Shown here: positions 40,008 to 48,859 of the stretch, piece by piece
Layout: each line of letters opens with the position of its first letter
How positions within the stretch are numbered: the stretch's first letter is position 1
Assembly: GCA_031366005.1 (NCBI GenBank)
Contig: JANLZB010000055.1
Location: forward strand, 1,179-65,178
Source: Bacteroidota bacterium
GTDB taxonomy: Bacteria; Bacteroidota; Bacteroidia; AKYH767-A; OLB10
Length of the DNA: 64,000 nucleotides
Direction: 5' to 3'
Position numbers and translations under genes: made by a program
Notes under the pieces: generated by a model
Seen by the model: the letters and a program-made list of their open reading frames with translations, nothing else
What the model was told of the DNA's origin: nothing
The model's database searches: none

Positions 40008-40598
40008 TCAGAACTGAACTTTAGGAGCATGCTCCGCCCCTTTGTCGGATGCGAAATAAGGCTTGGGATGAAAACCAAACATACCTGCAACCATGCTTTG
40101 CGGAAAGCTACGTATGTAAGTGTTAAAGTCGCGTGCCACATCATTGAATTTGCCCCGCTCCACCGCAATACGGTTTTCAGTTCCTTCCAGTTGCGCCTGT
40201 AATTCCAGGAAGTTTTGATTCGCTTTTAGCTGTGGATACTGCTCAGCCACAACCATTAAACGGCCCAGGGCAGAACTCAGTTCTCCCTGTGATGCCTGGA
40301 ATTTAGCTAAAGCTTCAGGAGTTAAATTTTTAGGATCCACTTTAATTTGTGTAGCACTGGCACGTGCCTCTATCACTTTGGTTAATGTGGTTTGTTCAAA
40401 ATCAGCAGCACCTTTCACTGTTGCAACAAGGTTAGGAATAAGATCCAGCCTTCGCTGATAAACGTTTTCTACCTGGCTCCATGCTGAACTTACTGCTTCA
40501 TCTTTTGAAACCATGTTGTTATACGATCCGGCAAACAACCGGTAAATGATAAATATGATTACTACAACTATAATAATTGTTATCCAGGATTTTTTCAT
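40008..40598 (-). CDS. lemA: LemA family protein
   Basis: YNNMV, WSQVENVYQRRLDLIPNLV, YPQLKANQNF, ENRIAVER. Confidence 0.93.
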   Translation of the reverse strand: MKKSWITIIIVVVIIFIIYRLFAGSYNNMVSKDEAVSSAWSQVENVYQRRLDLIPNLVATVKGAADFEQTTLTKVIEARASATQIKVDPKNLTPEALAKFQASQGELSSALGRLMVVAEQYPQLKANQNFLELQAQLEGTENRIAVERGKFNDVARDFNTYIRSFPQSMVAGMFGFHPKPYFASDKGAEHAPKVQF

Positions 40599-40650
40599 GT
40601 TTATATAAAGTTTTTAAGCGAGAGCAAATTTATTTAAATAAAGGATTAAA

Positions 40651-40790
40651 GTGTTGAGATATTGAAGGATGTTAAATTGTTGAATTGTTAAATTGTTGAG
40701 GCTTCAAAGTGTGTATAAGTTTAATATATATAGTACTTCAATACTCCAACACCTCAACACAACACCTCAACACTCTAACACCCCAACACT
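40651..40790. repeat. Inverted tandem arms of TGTTGA/TCAACA units around a short spacer
   Basis: Left arm gtgttgag...tgttgaattgttaaattgttgag; right arm ccaacac ctcaacac aacac ctcaacac tctaacac cccaacac, abutting the trmB stop. Confidence 0.8.
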
Positions 40791-41456
40791 TTATAGCAGA
40801 CGAAAAGCAAGGTAAGATATTTTAAATCCTTTATCAGTAAATATTTTTTCATAAGTAGTTTTGATGCTGAGATCGAAGCCCACTTCAGGATGCGCGTATA
40901 AATCTGTAGTCTGATGAATAAACTCACCGCGAATATTTTTTAACATACTCAGGGTGTAATCAAATAAAAAAGTGCTGTCAGTTTTAAGGTGGAGTGTGCC
41001 ACCGGGTTTTAAAAATTGTTGGTAGATATTTAAGAACTTTGGATTTGTTAAACGTCTTTCTTCCCTTGCATCGGTAGGTTGAGGATCAGGAAAGGTAAGC
41101 CATATCTCATCTATTTCTTGTGGAGCAAAAAAATAAGGAATCAATTGAATGTTGGTTCTCAGAAAAGCCACATGCAGCATATTTTCTTCATTGGCGGTTT
41201 TAGCTCCGCGCCATAATCGTGCTCCTTTTATATCCACACCGATATAATTTTTATCAGGGTAACGTTCTGCTAACCCAACAGTATATTCACCTCTGCCGCA
41301 TCCTAACTCCACTATTAAAGGAGCATCTCTTTTAAAAACATCTTTGTTCCAGTTTCCTTTTAAATCAGGCACATGATCCAGCTTGCTGTATGGATATTGA
41401 AATACGCGTTGCATGGTTTCCAGCTCCGCAAAGCGTTGTAGTTTTCTTTTTGTCAA
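40791..41456 (-). CDS. trmB: tRNA (guanine-N7)-methyltransferase (probable start TTG 41456)
   Basis: IVELGCGRGEY, GVDIKGARLW, IWLTFPDPQ, LKTDS, IKTTYEK. Confidence 0.93.
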   Translation of the reverse strand: MTKRKLQRFAELETMQRVFQYPYSKLDHVPDLKGNWNKDVFKRDAPLIVELGCGRGEYTVGLAERYPDKNYIGVDIKGARLWRGAKTANEENMLHVAFLRTNIQLIPYFFAPQEIDEIWLTFPDPQPTDAREERRLTNPKFLNIYQQFLKPGGTLHLKTDSTFLFDYTLSMLKNIRGEFIHQTTDLYAHPEVGFDLSIKTTYEKIFTDKGFKISYLAFRLL

Positions 41457-41505
41457 AGGGAATTTTTTTGTGGGATGCGAAAATACATAGAGTATTTTTG
41501 TTCCC

Positions 41506-42669
41506 GTGCAATCAGTTAAAAAGCGTGTTTTAGTCTGTCCGCTCAATTGGGGATTAGGACATGCAACGCGATGCATTCCTGTTATCAATGAATTGATAAA
41601 ACAAGAAGTAGAGGTAATCATTGCAGGGGATGGTGATTCATTGGAGTTGTTAAAGAAAGAATTTCCTACGCTCACACTTCACACATTAAAAGCAACCCCC
41701 GTTAATTATTCAACAAATGGAAATATGGCTTGGAAAATGTTAAAATCATCACCCAGGTTATTGCAAAATATTTATGATGAGCATCATCAAATAAAAAACA
41801 TTGTTAAAGAATTTAATATTGATTTAGTTATTTCAGATAATCGTTATGGTTGCTGGAGTAAAGATTGTTATTCCGTTTTCATTACGCATCAATTAAATAT
41901 TCAATGTCCACAGGAATTAAAATGGTTGCAACCAATTCTTAATAGTATCAATCATTTTTTCATTCGTAAATACAAAGAATGTTGGGTTCCCGATGAAAAA
42001 GAATTGCCCGGGCTTTCAGGAATATTATCGCATGGAGATTATTATTTGCCACATTTAAATTTTATCGGAGCCTTCTCAAGGTTTGCAGAATCAGATAATT
42101 CAATTAATAAATCTTATCGAAATAAATATCCGGAGAATACTCCCCTCTACCTTTGGAGAGGGGCAGGGGGTGAGGATAAAACATTTGATTTACTCGTAAT
42201 CCTCTCCGGTCCCGAACCGCAACGAACCATTTTTGAAAATTTAATTATCCAACAAGTTTCAAAGCTGAATTTGCTAACTTTAATTGTTAGAGGAAAACCG
42301 AAGGAAACAAATGTTTCTGAAGTTGCTTTACCCATTACAATCGTAAATCACATAGAAACTTCGTTACTTAAATTTCATATTCAACACGCGAAAAACATTT
42401 TATGCCGAGCAGGATATTCAACCATTATGGATTTAGCTGCGCTCGGTAGAAAAGCAATCCTTGTACCTACTCCCGGACAAACAGAACAAGAATACTTAGC
42501 AGGATTCTTTCATCTCCAAAAAAAACATTTCATGCAATTGCAAAATCAATTTGATCTGGTGCTTGCTTTGAAAGGAATTGAATATTGTGATGAGTTTAAA
42601 TATAACGATGAGGAAAATACATTAACAGCAGCTATCAGAAGAACGCTAAGTAAAATTCCTAAACATTAA
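41506..42669 (+). CDS. GT-B glycosyltransferase (family 28 C-terminal / MurG-like)
   Basis: PLNWGLGHATRC, ISDNRYG, LSGPEPQR, CRAGYSTIMDL, VPTPGQTEQEYLA. Confidence 0.88.
   Translation: MQSVKKRVLVCPLNWGLGHATRCIPVINELIKQEVEVIIAGDGDSLELLKKEFPTLTLHTLKATPVNYSTNGNMAWKMLKSSPRLLQNIYDEHHQIKNIVKEFNIDLVISDNRYGCWSKDCYSVFITHQLNIQCPQELKWLQPILNSINHFFIRKYKECWVPDEKELPGLSGILSHGDYYLPHLNFIGAFSRFAESDNSINKSYRNKYPENTPLYLWRGAGGEDKTFDLLVILSGPEPQRTIFENLIIQQVSKLNLLTLIVRGKPKETNVSEVALPITIVNHIETSLLKFHIQHAKNILCRAGYSTIMDLAALGRKAILVPTPGQTEQEYLAGFFHLQKKHFMQLQNQFDLVLALKGIEYCDEFKYNDEENTLTAAIRRTLSKIPKH
42140..42175. repeat. Palindromic repeat inside the glycosyltransferase CDS
   Basis: ctcccctct(a)cctttggagaggggcagggggtgagg, translated TPLYLWRGAGGE. 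Confidence 0.7.
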
Positions 42670-42823
42670 ACCCCTCCTCATAAGCTTTCCACGTTTGTTG
42701 TCCTTCATCCTGTGTGGGGTAGTCCTGAACCTTTTTGTCGTAACAGCATTCCAGTGTGCCCGCAAGGAATTTCCTTCCAAAAAGCGAGATTTTGTAACGG
42801 GCATCATATTTTTCTCCAGTCAT
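42659..42823 (-). other. Possible 54-aa small ORF or 3' remnant of a gene
   Basis: ATG 42823 gives MTGEKYDARYKISLFGRKFLAGTLECCYDKKVQDYPTQDEGQQTWKAYEEGFNV*; the frame is stop-free back to 42976. Confidence 0.3.
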
Positions 42824-43037
42824 TGCTATCAGCCACTGATCCTGAAGAAAGGCGGTGCAACGAAAGCCCGTTGACCTGGCAATAACCTTATTAAGATGAG
42901 TACAAAATACACACTCTTGCGCTAAAATAAATGTGCTGTGATTTAAAACTAAAGGGTGATGATTAGAAACGAATGTTTAATGCACTAAAATTTGAATGTC
43001 AAGATTTTGGATTTGCTTTGTTTTGTTTGGGTTACAT

Positions 43038-43045
43038 TATCTTTG
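43038..43045 (+). promoter_or_regulatory. Bacteroidota -7 promoter box for the TA pair
   Basis: TATCTTTG with TTTG boxes at 43012-43020; ATG at 43074. Confidence 0.55.
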
Positions 43046-43073
43046 ATGAAGCAAAAACTTAAAACAAATAACA

Positions 43074-43310
43074 ATGAGTTCGTCCGAATTAAAAACAGGA
43101 ATAAATAAAATGCTGACTGATGTAAACGATGAACGATTTCTAAGAACTATGTACGCAATGGTAAGTGAATATACTGACGGAGGAATACTCAACTTATCCC
43201 CTGAACAAAAAAGAATACTTGAAGACAGAAAGAAATCACATAAGGCAGGTCAGTCAAAATCATTTTCAGTAAAACAGATGAAAGCATTAGTGCTGAAGAA
43301 TATTAAATGA
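43074..43310 (+). CDS. Putative antitoxin (addiction-module component-like)
   Basis: 78 aa; LSPEQKRILEDR motif; 4-nt ATGA overlap with the toxin. Confidence 0.7.
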   Translation: MSSSELKTGINKMLTDVNDERFLRTMYAMVSEYTDGGILNLSPEQKRILEDRKKSHKAGQSKSFSVKQMKALVLKNIK

Positions 43311-43606
43311 AGCTAACCGTTAAGGAAGAAGTTTATGATGATTTGGCTGACATTGTAAACTGGTACGAAAACCAATCTGCCGGCTTTGGAGAGAAATTTT
43401 TAAATGAATGGGAGAACACATTAAAATTTGTTGCAAGAAATCCGTCCGCATTTCAAACACAATTCAAAAGTTTTCGTCATGCAAAGGTTATTCGGTTTCC
43501 TTACCTTGTAATTTTTGAAATTGATACTGCCGAAGTTATTGTTTACATGGTCATTCATACCTCACGAAAACCTGGAAAAAGGTATCGAATAAAAAGAAAA
43601 AAATAA
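43307..43606 (+). CDS. RelE/ParE family toxin
   Basis: DLADIVNWYENQSAGFGEKF, NPSAF, RFPYLVIFEI, VIHTSRKP. Confidence 0.88.
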   Translation: MKLTVKEEVYDDLADIVNWYENQSAGFGEKFLNEWENTLKFVARNPSAFQTQFKSFRHAKVIRFPYLVIFEIDTAEVIVYMVIHTSRKPGKRYRIKRKK

Positions 43607-43694
43607 GGGTTGTATATCTAACTATCTTAAATGATAACCATCTCAAATCCGCAATTGAGGTTGGGGATTTTTTTTGGTTTGTTTACATTTGGTG

Positions 43695-43726
43695 CATGTT
43701 GGTGGGAAGGAAGGAACACCAACATG
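43695..43726. repeat. Perfect 10-bp hairpin, REP-like
   Basis: catgttggtg ggaaggaaggaa caccaacatg. Confidence 0.6.
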
Positions 43727-43830
43727 GGAGCATATAGTTTTCGCGCGGATGCTTGAACAGTGGGTAGCGGGATGTTTTGCCGAATCACTAAAACAATATT
43801 TTTTCTTAATGAAAGTTTATAATTACAATT

Positions 43831-45642
43831 ATGAAAAAATTAATCCTCCTGATATATCTTTCTCTTTTTTCATTCAACAGCTTTTCGCAAGCCGGTGAGT
43901 GGACATGGATGAATGGTGACACCATTAATTTTTCGCAAGGACACTATGGAACCAAGGGTGTACCCGATCCGCTTAATTCGCCACCTGCATTATCAGGGTC
44001 ATTGCAGTGGACAGATCTGCAAGGAAATTTTTGGTTATATGGTGGTTCATCTTATATCAATCCGAACATTGTTGGATATGCTGATCTTTGGAAATACGAT
44101 CCTCTTATTAATGAATGGACATGGGTATTTGGATCAGGATTAATTAATGATACTGTTAACTTTGGAATAAAAGGAATAGCATCATCAACTAATACACCGG
44201 GAAGCAGAGGAAGTACCTGTACATGGGTTGATCTTCAAGGTAATTTATGGCTTTATGGAGGTGTTGCACAAGTTTCAATAAATGGGCAACCTGTTGGAGA
44301 ACTTTTCGCTGATTTATGGAAGTATAATATCGCTACAAATCAATGGACGTGGGTTAATGGATATAATATTTTCCCTCCCCAGGTTGAACATCATCCACCA
44401 ACCAATAACCACCCAGGATCCCGAACCGGCTTAACTGCAAACTGGACCGACAATGCAGGTAACCTTTGGTTTTACGGAGGAATTGGGGATGGTTTTAATA
44501 ATTATGGCGACTTATGGAAATATGAAATAGCCTCAGATATCTGGACATTGATGAAAGGTGATACCATACCTAATCATAAAGGTTCTTATGGTTTCAAAGG
44601 AATTAGTAATGTTATTAATAATCCGGGATGCAGATTTGGAAATTTAAGTTGGAAAGAGACCAATGGAGACTTGTGGCTATTCGGAGGGCTGAAGAATGAT
44701 ACAGGCTCTTTTTATAATCAAAAAAATGATCTTTGGAAATACAGTATAACAACCAATATGTGGACATGGATGAATGGTGATTCTATAAAAAATGCTTTTG
44801 GAAATTTGGGTCTTAAATGTATTTCATCTATTGCTAATCAGCTAAGAGGACAATGGTCCACCGATGCCTGCTGGAGTGATGGTTGTGGTAACTTTTGGAC
44901 TTTTGGTGGAGTTACACTTAATCCCATTTATAATAGATCAAATGATTTATGGATGTATAGCACCTCAACTGGTAATTGGACATGGATAAGTGGCAATGGG
45001 TTTATGAATGGAGATGATATATACGGTATAAAAGGAGTATCAACCCCTACTAACAGCATTGGTGCAAGAGATTTTTCCAATGGATGGATAGACTTTAAAG
45101 GCAACTTCTGGATATTTGGTGCAAGGTCAGGTTATGACGGCAGAAATATGCTAGATTATATTCATATTTATGCAAATCCTCCAGTGCCTGTAATTACAAT
45201 AAGTAACGATACACTTAAATGCGTTACAAGCGGGAATGCTTACCAATGGTATTTTAATAATATGATTATCAATGGTGCGACTGATTCATTTTATGTTTTC
45301 AATGTAGCGGGTAATTATTATGTAACGATTGCAAACCATGGTTGCGAAGCTGCGAGCAATATAATTTCAAAACCTGAAATGGAAAATATGATCCACTTGG
45401 TAGTGATGCCCAACCCTGCTAATTTGGCTTTAACCATTTCTTTTATTCAACTGTCAAGTGAAAATGTTGAGTTAAGATTATACGATGCGTTAGGGAATGA
45501 AATTTATTTCTCAAAACACAATAATGTTAAAGGCAGGTTTGAAGAAGTAATAAGAATGAATGATCTTGCAAGCGGCATTTATTTCTGCCAGTTAAAAACG
45601 CAAAATGATTTCTACAATAAAAAAGTAATAGTACAGCATTGA
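43831..45642 (+). CDS. Kelch / galactose-oxidase-like repeat T9SS-secreted protein
   Basis: Signal peptide; repeats W.D..GN.WL.GG.....DLWKY....N.WTW..G; C-terminal VMPNPA...SGIYFCQL...KKVIVQH. Confidence 0.88.
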   Translation: MKKLILLIYLSLFSFNSFSQAGEWTWMNGDTINFSQGHYGTKGVPDPLNSPPALSGSLQWTDLQGNFWLYGGSSYINPNIVGYADLWKYDPLINEWTWVFGSGLINDTVNFGIKGIASSTNTPGSRGSTCTWVDLQGNLWLYGGVAQVSINGQPVGELFADLWKYNIATNQWTWVNGYNIFPPQVEHHPPTNNHPGSRTGLTANWTDNAGNLWFYGGIGDGFNNYGDLWKYEIASDIWTLMKGDTIPNHKGSYGFKGISNVINNPGCRFGNLSWKETNGDLWLFGGLKNDTGSFYNQKNDLWKYSITTNMWTWMNGDSIKNAFGNLGLKCISSIANQLRGQWSTDACWSDGCGNFWTFGGVTLNPIYNRSNDLWMYSTSTGNWTWISGNGFMNGDDIYGIKGVSTPTNSIGARDFSNGWIDFKGNFWIFGARSGYDGRNMLDYIHIYANPPVPVITISNDTLKCVTSGNAYQWYFNNMIINGATDSFYVFNVAGNYYVTIANHGCEAASNIISKPEMENMIHLVVMPNPANLALTISFIQLSSENVELRLYDALGNEIYFSKHNNVKGRFEEVIRMNDLASGIYFCQLKTQNDFYNKKVIVQH

Positions 45643-45794
45643 GGTATCTCAACTATTCTAAAGCATTGACACCACTGCATCAGTCCCATCAGCGTCTCCG
45701 CCTTTCACGGCACTCTGATGTTTGTAACAAAGGTGTTAAATAAGTTCTAATTACTCTCCACAAAAAACATATTAATCTCTCCCATATTCTTCAA

Positions 45795-46778
45795 CTACTT
45801 CACCACATACATCACTTCCTTCACTGCTTTAATTACACGCTCAGGGTTTGGGAGATAAGCTTCAATCAAAGTGGGTGCGTAAGGCAAGGGAACATCACCA
45901 CCCATTACACGGATTACAGGTGCATCGAGATAATCAAAAGCTTCGCGCTGAACTTTAAATGTTACTTCTGTTGCAATGGAACCAAGTGGCCAGCTCTCTT
46001 CAACGATCACCAAACGATTGGTTTTTTTAACTGATTCAATCACTGTTTTATAATCTATAGGCCGAACACTTCTCAAATCAATAACTTCTGCATTAATATT
46101 TTCTTTGGATAGTTCTTCAGCAGCTTTCAAAGCAATCTTCATCATCTTGCCAAAAGAAACAATGGTAACATCAGTTCCTGCACGTTTAATATCAGCAATA
46201 CCAATTGGCATTAAGTATTCGCCATCAGGCACCATTCCTTTATCACCATACATCTGCTCACTCTCCATAAAAATAACAGGATCATCATCACGAATAGCAG
46301 ACTTCAATAAACCTTTTGCATCAGCAGGATTACTGGGAACAACCACTTTCAAACCCGGACAGTTTGCATACCAGCTTTCAAATGCCTGTGAGTGCTGAGA
46401 GCTGAGCATTCCGGCAGCTCCGGTTGGTCCGCGAAACACAATCGGAACCGTAAAATGACCGCCACTCATACTCATCATTTTTGCTGCTGAGTTAATTACC
46501 TGGTCAATGGCAACAAGAGAAAAATTGAAAGTCATAAATTCAATGATAGGCCGTAATCCATTCATAGCTGCTCCCACACCAATGCCTGCAAAACCAAGTT
46601 CTGCAATAGGTGTATCAATAACGCGTCTTGCTCCAAACTCGTCCAGCATTCCCTGGCTTACTTTATAAGCTCCATTGTATTGCGCTACTTCCTCTCCCAT
46701 CAAAAACACACGTTCATCTCTCCGCATTTCCTCGTTCATGGCTTCGCGAAGCGCCTCTCTGAATTGTAATTCTCTCAT
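45795..46778 (-). CDS. pdhB: Pyruvate dehydrogenase E1 beta subunit
   Basis: [43 protein letters not shown]. Confidence 0.95.
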   Translation of the reverse strand: MRELQFREALREAMNEEMRRDERVFLMGEEVAQYNGAYKVSQGMLDEFGARRVIDTPIAELGFAGIGVGAAMNGLRPIIEFMTFNFSLVAIDQVINSAAKMMSMSGGHFTVPIVFRGPTGAAGMLSSQHSQAFESWYANCPGLKVVVPSNPADAKGLLKSAIRDDDPVIFMESEQMYGDKGMVPDGEYLMPIGIADIKRAGTDVTIVSFGKMMKIALKAAEELSKENINAEVIDLRSVRPIDYKTVIESVKKTNRLVIVEESWPLGSIATEVTFKVQREAFDYLDAPVIRVMGGDVPLPYAPTLIEAYLPNPERVIKAVKEVMYVVK

Positions 46779-46782
46779 AAGG

Positions 46783-46790
46783 CAAAAATA
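46783..46790 (-). promoter_or_regulatory. -7 promoter box 4 nt upstream of the pdhB ATG
   Basis: TATTTTTG on the minus strand, then cctt, then ATG. Confidence 0.55.
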
Positions 46791-46930
46791 GTTATTGAGT
46801 TGTAATGTTGTTTAGGTATTAAGTGATTACGTAATTGAGGTAATTAAGGCGATTGTGGATATTCTTTAGAGGAAAATAATTAGTTTTGCCAATCAAAATT
46901 TAATCAGAAATTTTTACAGGACGGCTTTAG

Positions 46931-46965
46931 CCGTAAACTGTAAACCGAAAACTGTAAACTGAAAA
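46931..46965. repeat. Five in-phase heptamers C(C/T)G(T/A)AAA ending at the etfB ATG
   Basis: ccgtaaa ctgtaaa ccgaaaa ctgtaaa ctgaaaa(tg). Confidence 0.85.
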
Positions 46966-47702
46966 TGAAAATCCTTGTTTGCATAAGCAACGTACCAGAT
47001 ACTACTTCCAAAATAAATTTTACTGACGATCATAAATCTTTCGTTTCCACGGGAATTCAATTTATCATTAATCCTTATGATGAAATTGCTTTGACACGTG
47101 CTCTGGAATTAACGGAAGAAAGTGGTGGAACTGTGACAGTAATAAATGTGGGTGATCCAACTACGGATCCCACTATACGTAAAGCTTTGGCAATTGGAGC
47201 AACGGATGCTGTGCGTGTAAATGCTGCACCACGTGATGCTTATTTTGTTTCAAAACAGATTGCTGCTTACGCAAAAGATAAAGGTTTTGGTCTGATATTA
47301 ACCGGTCGTGAGTCCATTGATTATAATGGTGCACAGGTGCCGGGTATGTTGGGTGAGTTGTTAGAAATGCCAAGCATTACGATTGTAAAATCTTTAAATA
47401 TTGAAGGAAGCAATGCAACGCTTGAGCGCGAAATAGAAGGAGGTAAAGAAATTATTAATTGCCCGTTACCATTAATTGCAAGTGCATCTGAAGGCATGGC
47501 AGAACCTCGAATTCCAAACATGCGCGGAATTATGTCAGCCCGCACAAAACCGCTTACAGTTGTTGAACCTGTTGAAGTTCCAAAACTGCAAGAGGTTATA
47601 TCTTATGATAAACCCAAACCAAGAGGCACTGTTCATCTGGTACCAAATGACCAGGTGAAACAGCTTGTTGATTTATTACACAACGAAGCAAAGGTTTTCT
47701 GA
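46965..47702 (+). CDS. etfB: Electron transfer flavoprotein beta subunit
   Basis: VCISNVPDT, INPYDE, ALAIGA, GRESIDYNG, PRIPNMRGIM. Confidence 0.95.
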   Translation: MKILVCISNVPDTTSKINFTDDHKSFVSTGIQFIINPYDEIALTRALELTEESGGTVTVINVGDPTTDPTIRKALAIGATDAVRVNAAPRDAYFVSKQIAAYAKDKGFGLILTGRESIDYNGAQVPGMLGELLEMPSITIVKSLNIEGSNATLEREIEGGKEIINCPLPLIASASEGMAEPRIPNMRGIMSARTKPLTVVEPVEVPKLQEVISYDKPKPRGTVHLVPNDQVKQLVDLLHNEAKVF

Positions 47703-47704
47703 TT

Positions 47705-47750
47705 ATTCAGAATTAAATTCATAACTCATAATTCAAAATTCATAACTATA
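47705..47750. repeat. Tandem A(T/C)TCATA-type heptamer tract between etfB and etfA
   Basis: attcaga attaa attcata actcata attcaaa attcata actata. Confidence 0.75.
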
Positions 47751-47755
47751 AATTA

Positions 47756-48730
47756 ATGGTTTTAGTTTACGCAGAGCACGCAGAAGGAAAATTTAAAAAG
47801 TCAACTTATGAGGTGGTGTCTTATGGATACGCAATCGCTTCAAAGCTAAATATTCCTTTGAGCGTTATTTCAATTGGTGATGTGAGTAAAGAAGAATTAA
47901 GTTTACTTGCAAAATATGGCGCTTCAAAAATTTTAAATGTAAGTATTGATAAACTCAAAACATTTGTTAACCAGGCTTACGCTGCTGTGATTGCCGCTGC
48001 TGCCAAACAGGAAAACGCAAGTGTTGTTGTTATGAGTGCTTCATTCACCGGAAAAGGACTTGCTCCACGAGTGGCAGTTAAGTTAGAAGCAGGATTAGTG
48101 GATGGAGCTATTTCATTACCGGATATGACAAACGGTTTTGTTGTTCGTAAGGGAGCATTCTCCGGAAAAGCATTTGCTGATGTAACATTAACAAGTGCCG
48201 TTAAAGTAATTACGTTAGTTCCGAACTCTTATAAAGTTGTTGAAAATTCTCAACCCATTCAAATAATTGATTTTGCCCCTACAGTTAAAGACAATGATTT
48301 TGCTGCAATGGTAAAAGATATTGTTCGTGCTTCAGATAAAGTATCATTGCCTGAAGCAGAAATTGTTGTGAGTGGAGGTCGTGGATTAAAAGGACCTGAG
48401 AATTGGGGAATGATTGAAGAGCTTGCAGATTTACTTGGTGCGGCTACAGCCTGTTCCAAGCCTGTGAGTGATGCACATTGGCGTCCGCACAGCGAACATG
48501 TCGGGCAAACAGGAATTGCAGTAAGCCCTAATTTATATATTGCTATTGGTATTTCAGGAGCCATTCAGCATTTAGCAGGAGTGAGTTCTTCCAAAGTGAT
48601 TGTGGTGATCAATAAAGATCCTGAAGCTCCTTTCTTCAAAGCGGCTGATTATGGTATTGTGGGTGATGCATTTGATGTGGTGCCTCAGTTAATTGAAGCC
48701 ATCAAAGAATTTAAAGCAGTTAATGCCTGA
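47756..48730 (+). CDS. etfA: Electron transfer flavoprotein alpha subunit
   Basis: VVSGGRGLKG, HVGQTG, LYIAIGISGAIQHLAG, INKDPEAP. Confidence 0.95.
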   Translation: MVLVYAEHAEGKFKKSTYEVVSYGYAIASKLNIPLSVISIGDVSKEELSLLAKYGASKILNVSIDKLKTFVNQAYAAVIAAAAKQENASVVVMSASFTGKGLAPRVAVKLEAGLVDGAISLPDMTNGFVVRKGAFSGKAFADVTLTSAVKVITLVPNSYKVVENSQPIQIIDFAPTVKDNDFAAMVKDIVRASDKVSLPEAEIVVSGGRGLKGPENWGMIEELADLLGAATACSKPVSDAHWRPHSEHVGQTGIAVSPNLYIAIGISGAIQHLAGVSSSKVIVVINKDPEAPFFKAADYGIVGDAFDVVPQLIEAIKEFKAVNA

Positions 48731-48765
48731 TTTATTATTTTCACATCGGATTAAAAATGTACATG

Positions 48766-48859
48766 AATTCCGCAATTTCCCATTTCGCATTTGATTCGTC
48801 CCGATGTATCGGGATCGTAACATTCGTATCTCATTCGTTAATTAGTAACCATCATTCGT
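48766..48859. repeat. CATTCGT-type heptamer tract with an embedded TCCCGAT-NN-ATCGGGA palindrome
   Basis: cattcgt occurs three times (the last overlaps the GTG start at 48858); tcccgatgtatcggga at 48799-48814. Confidence 0.75.

Noticed and set aside
42915-42960. SAM-II riboswitch
   Set aside because: The fragments ataaatgt and ctaaaggg resemble it, but the order and the P1/P2 pairing do not fit.
45678-45725. Hammerhead ribozyme
   Set aside because: CTGATG occurs but is not followed by A, and there is no correctly placed GAAA/stem III. It was kept only as a hairpin.
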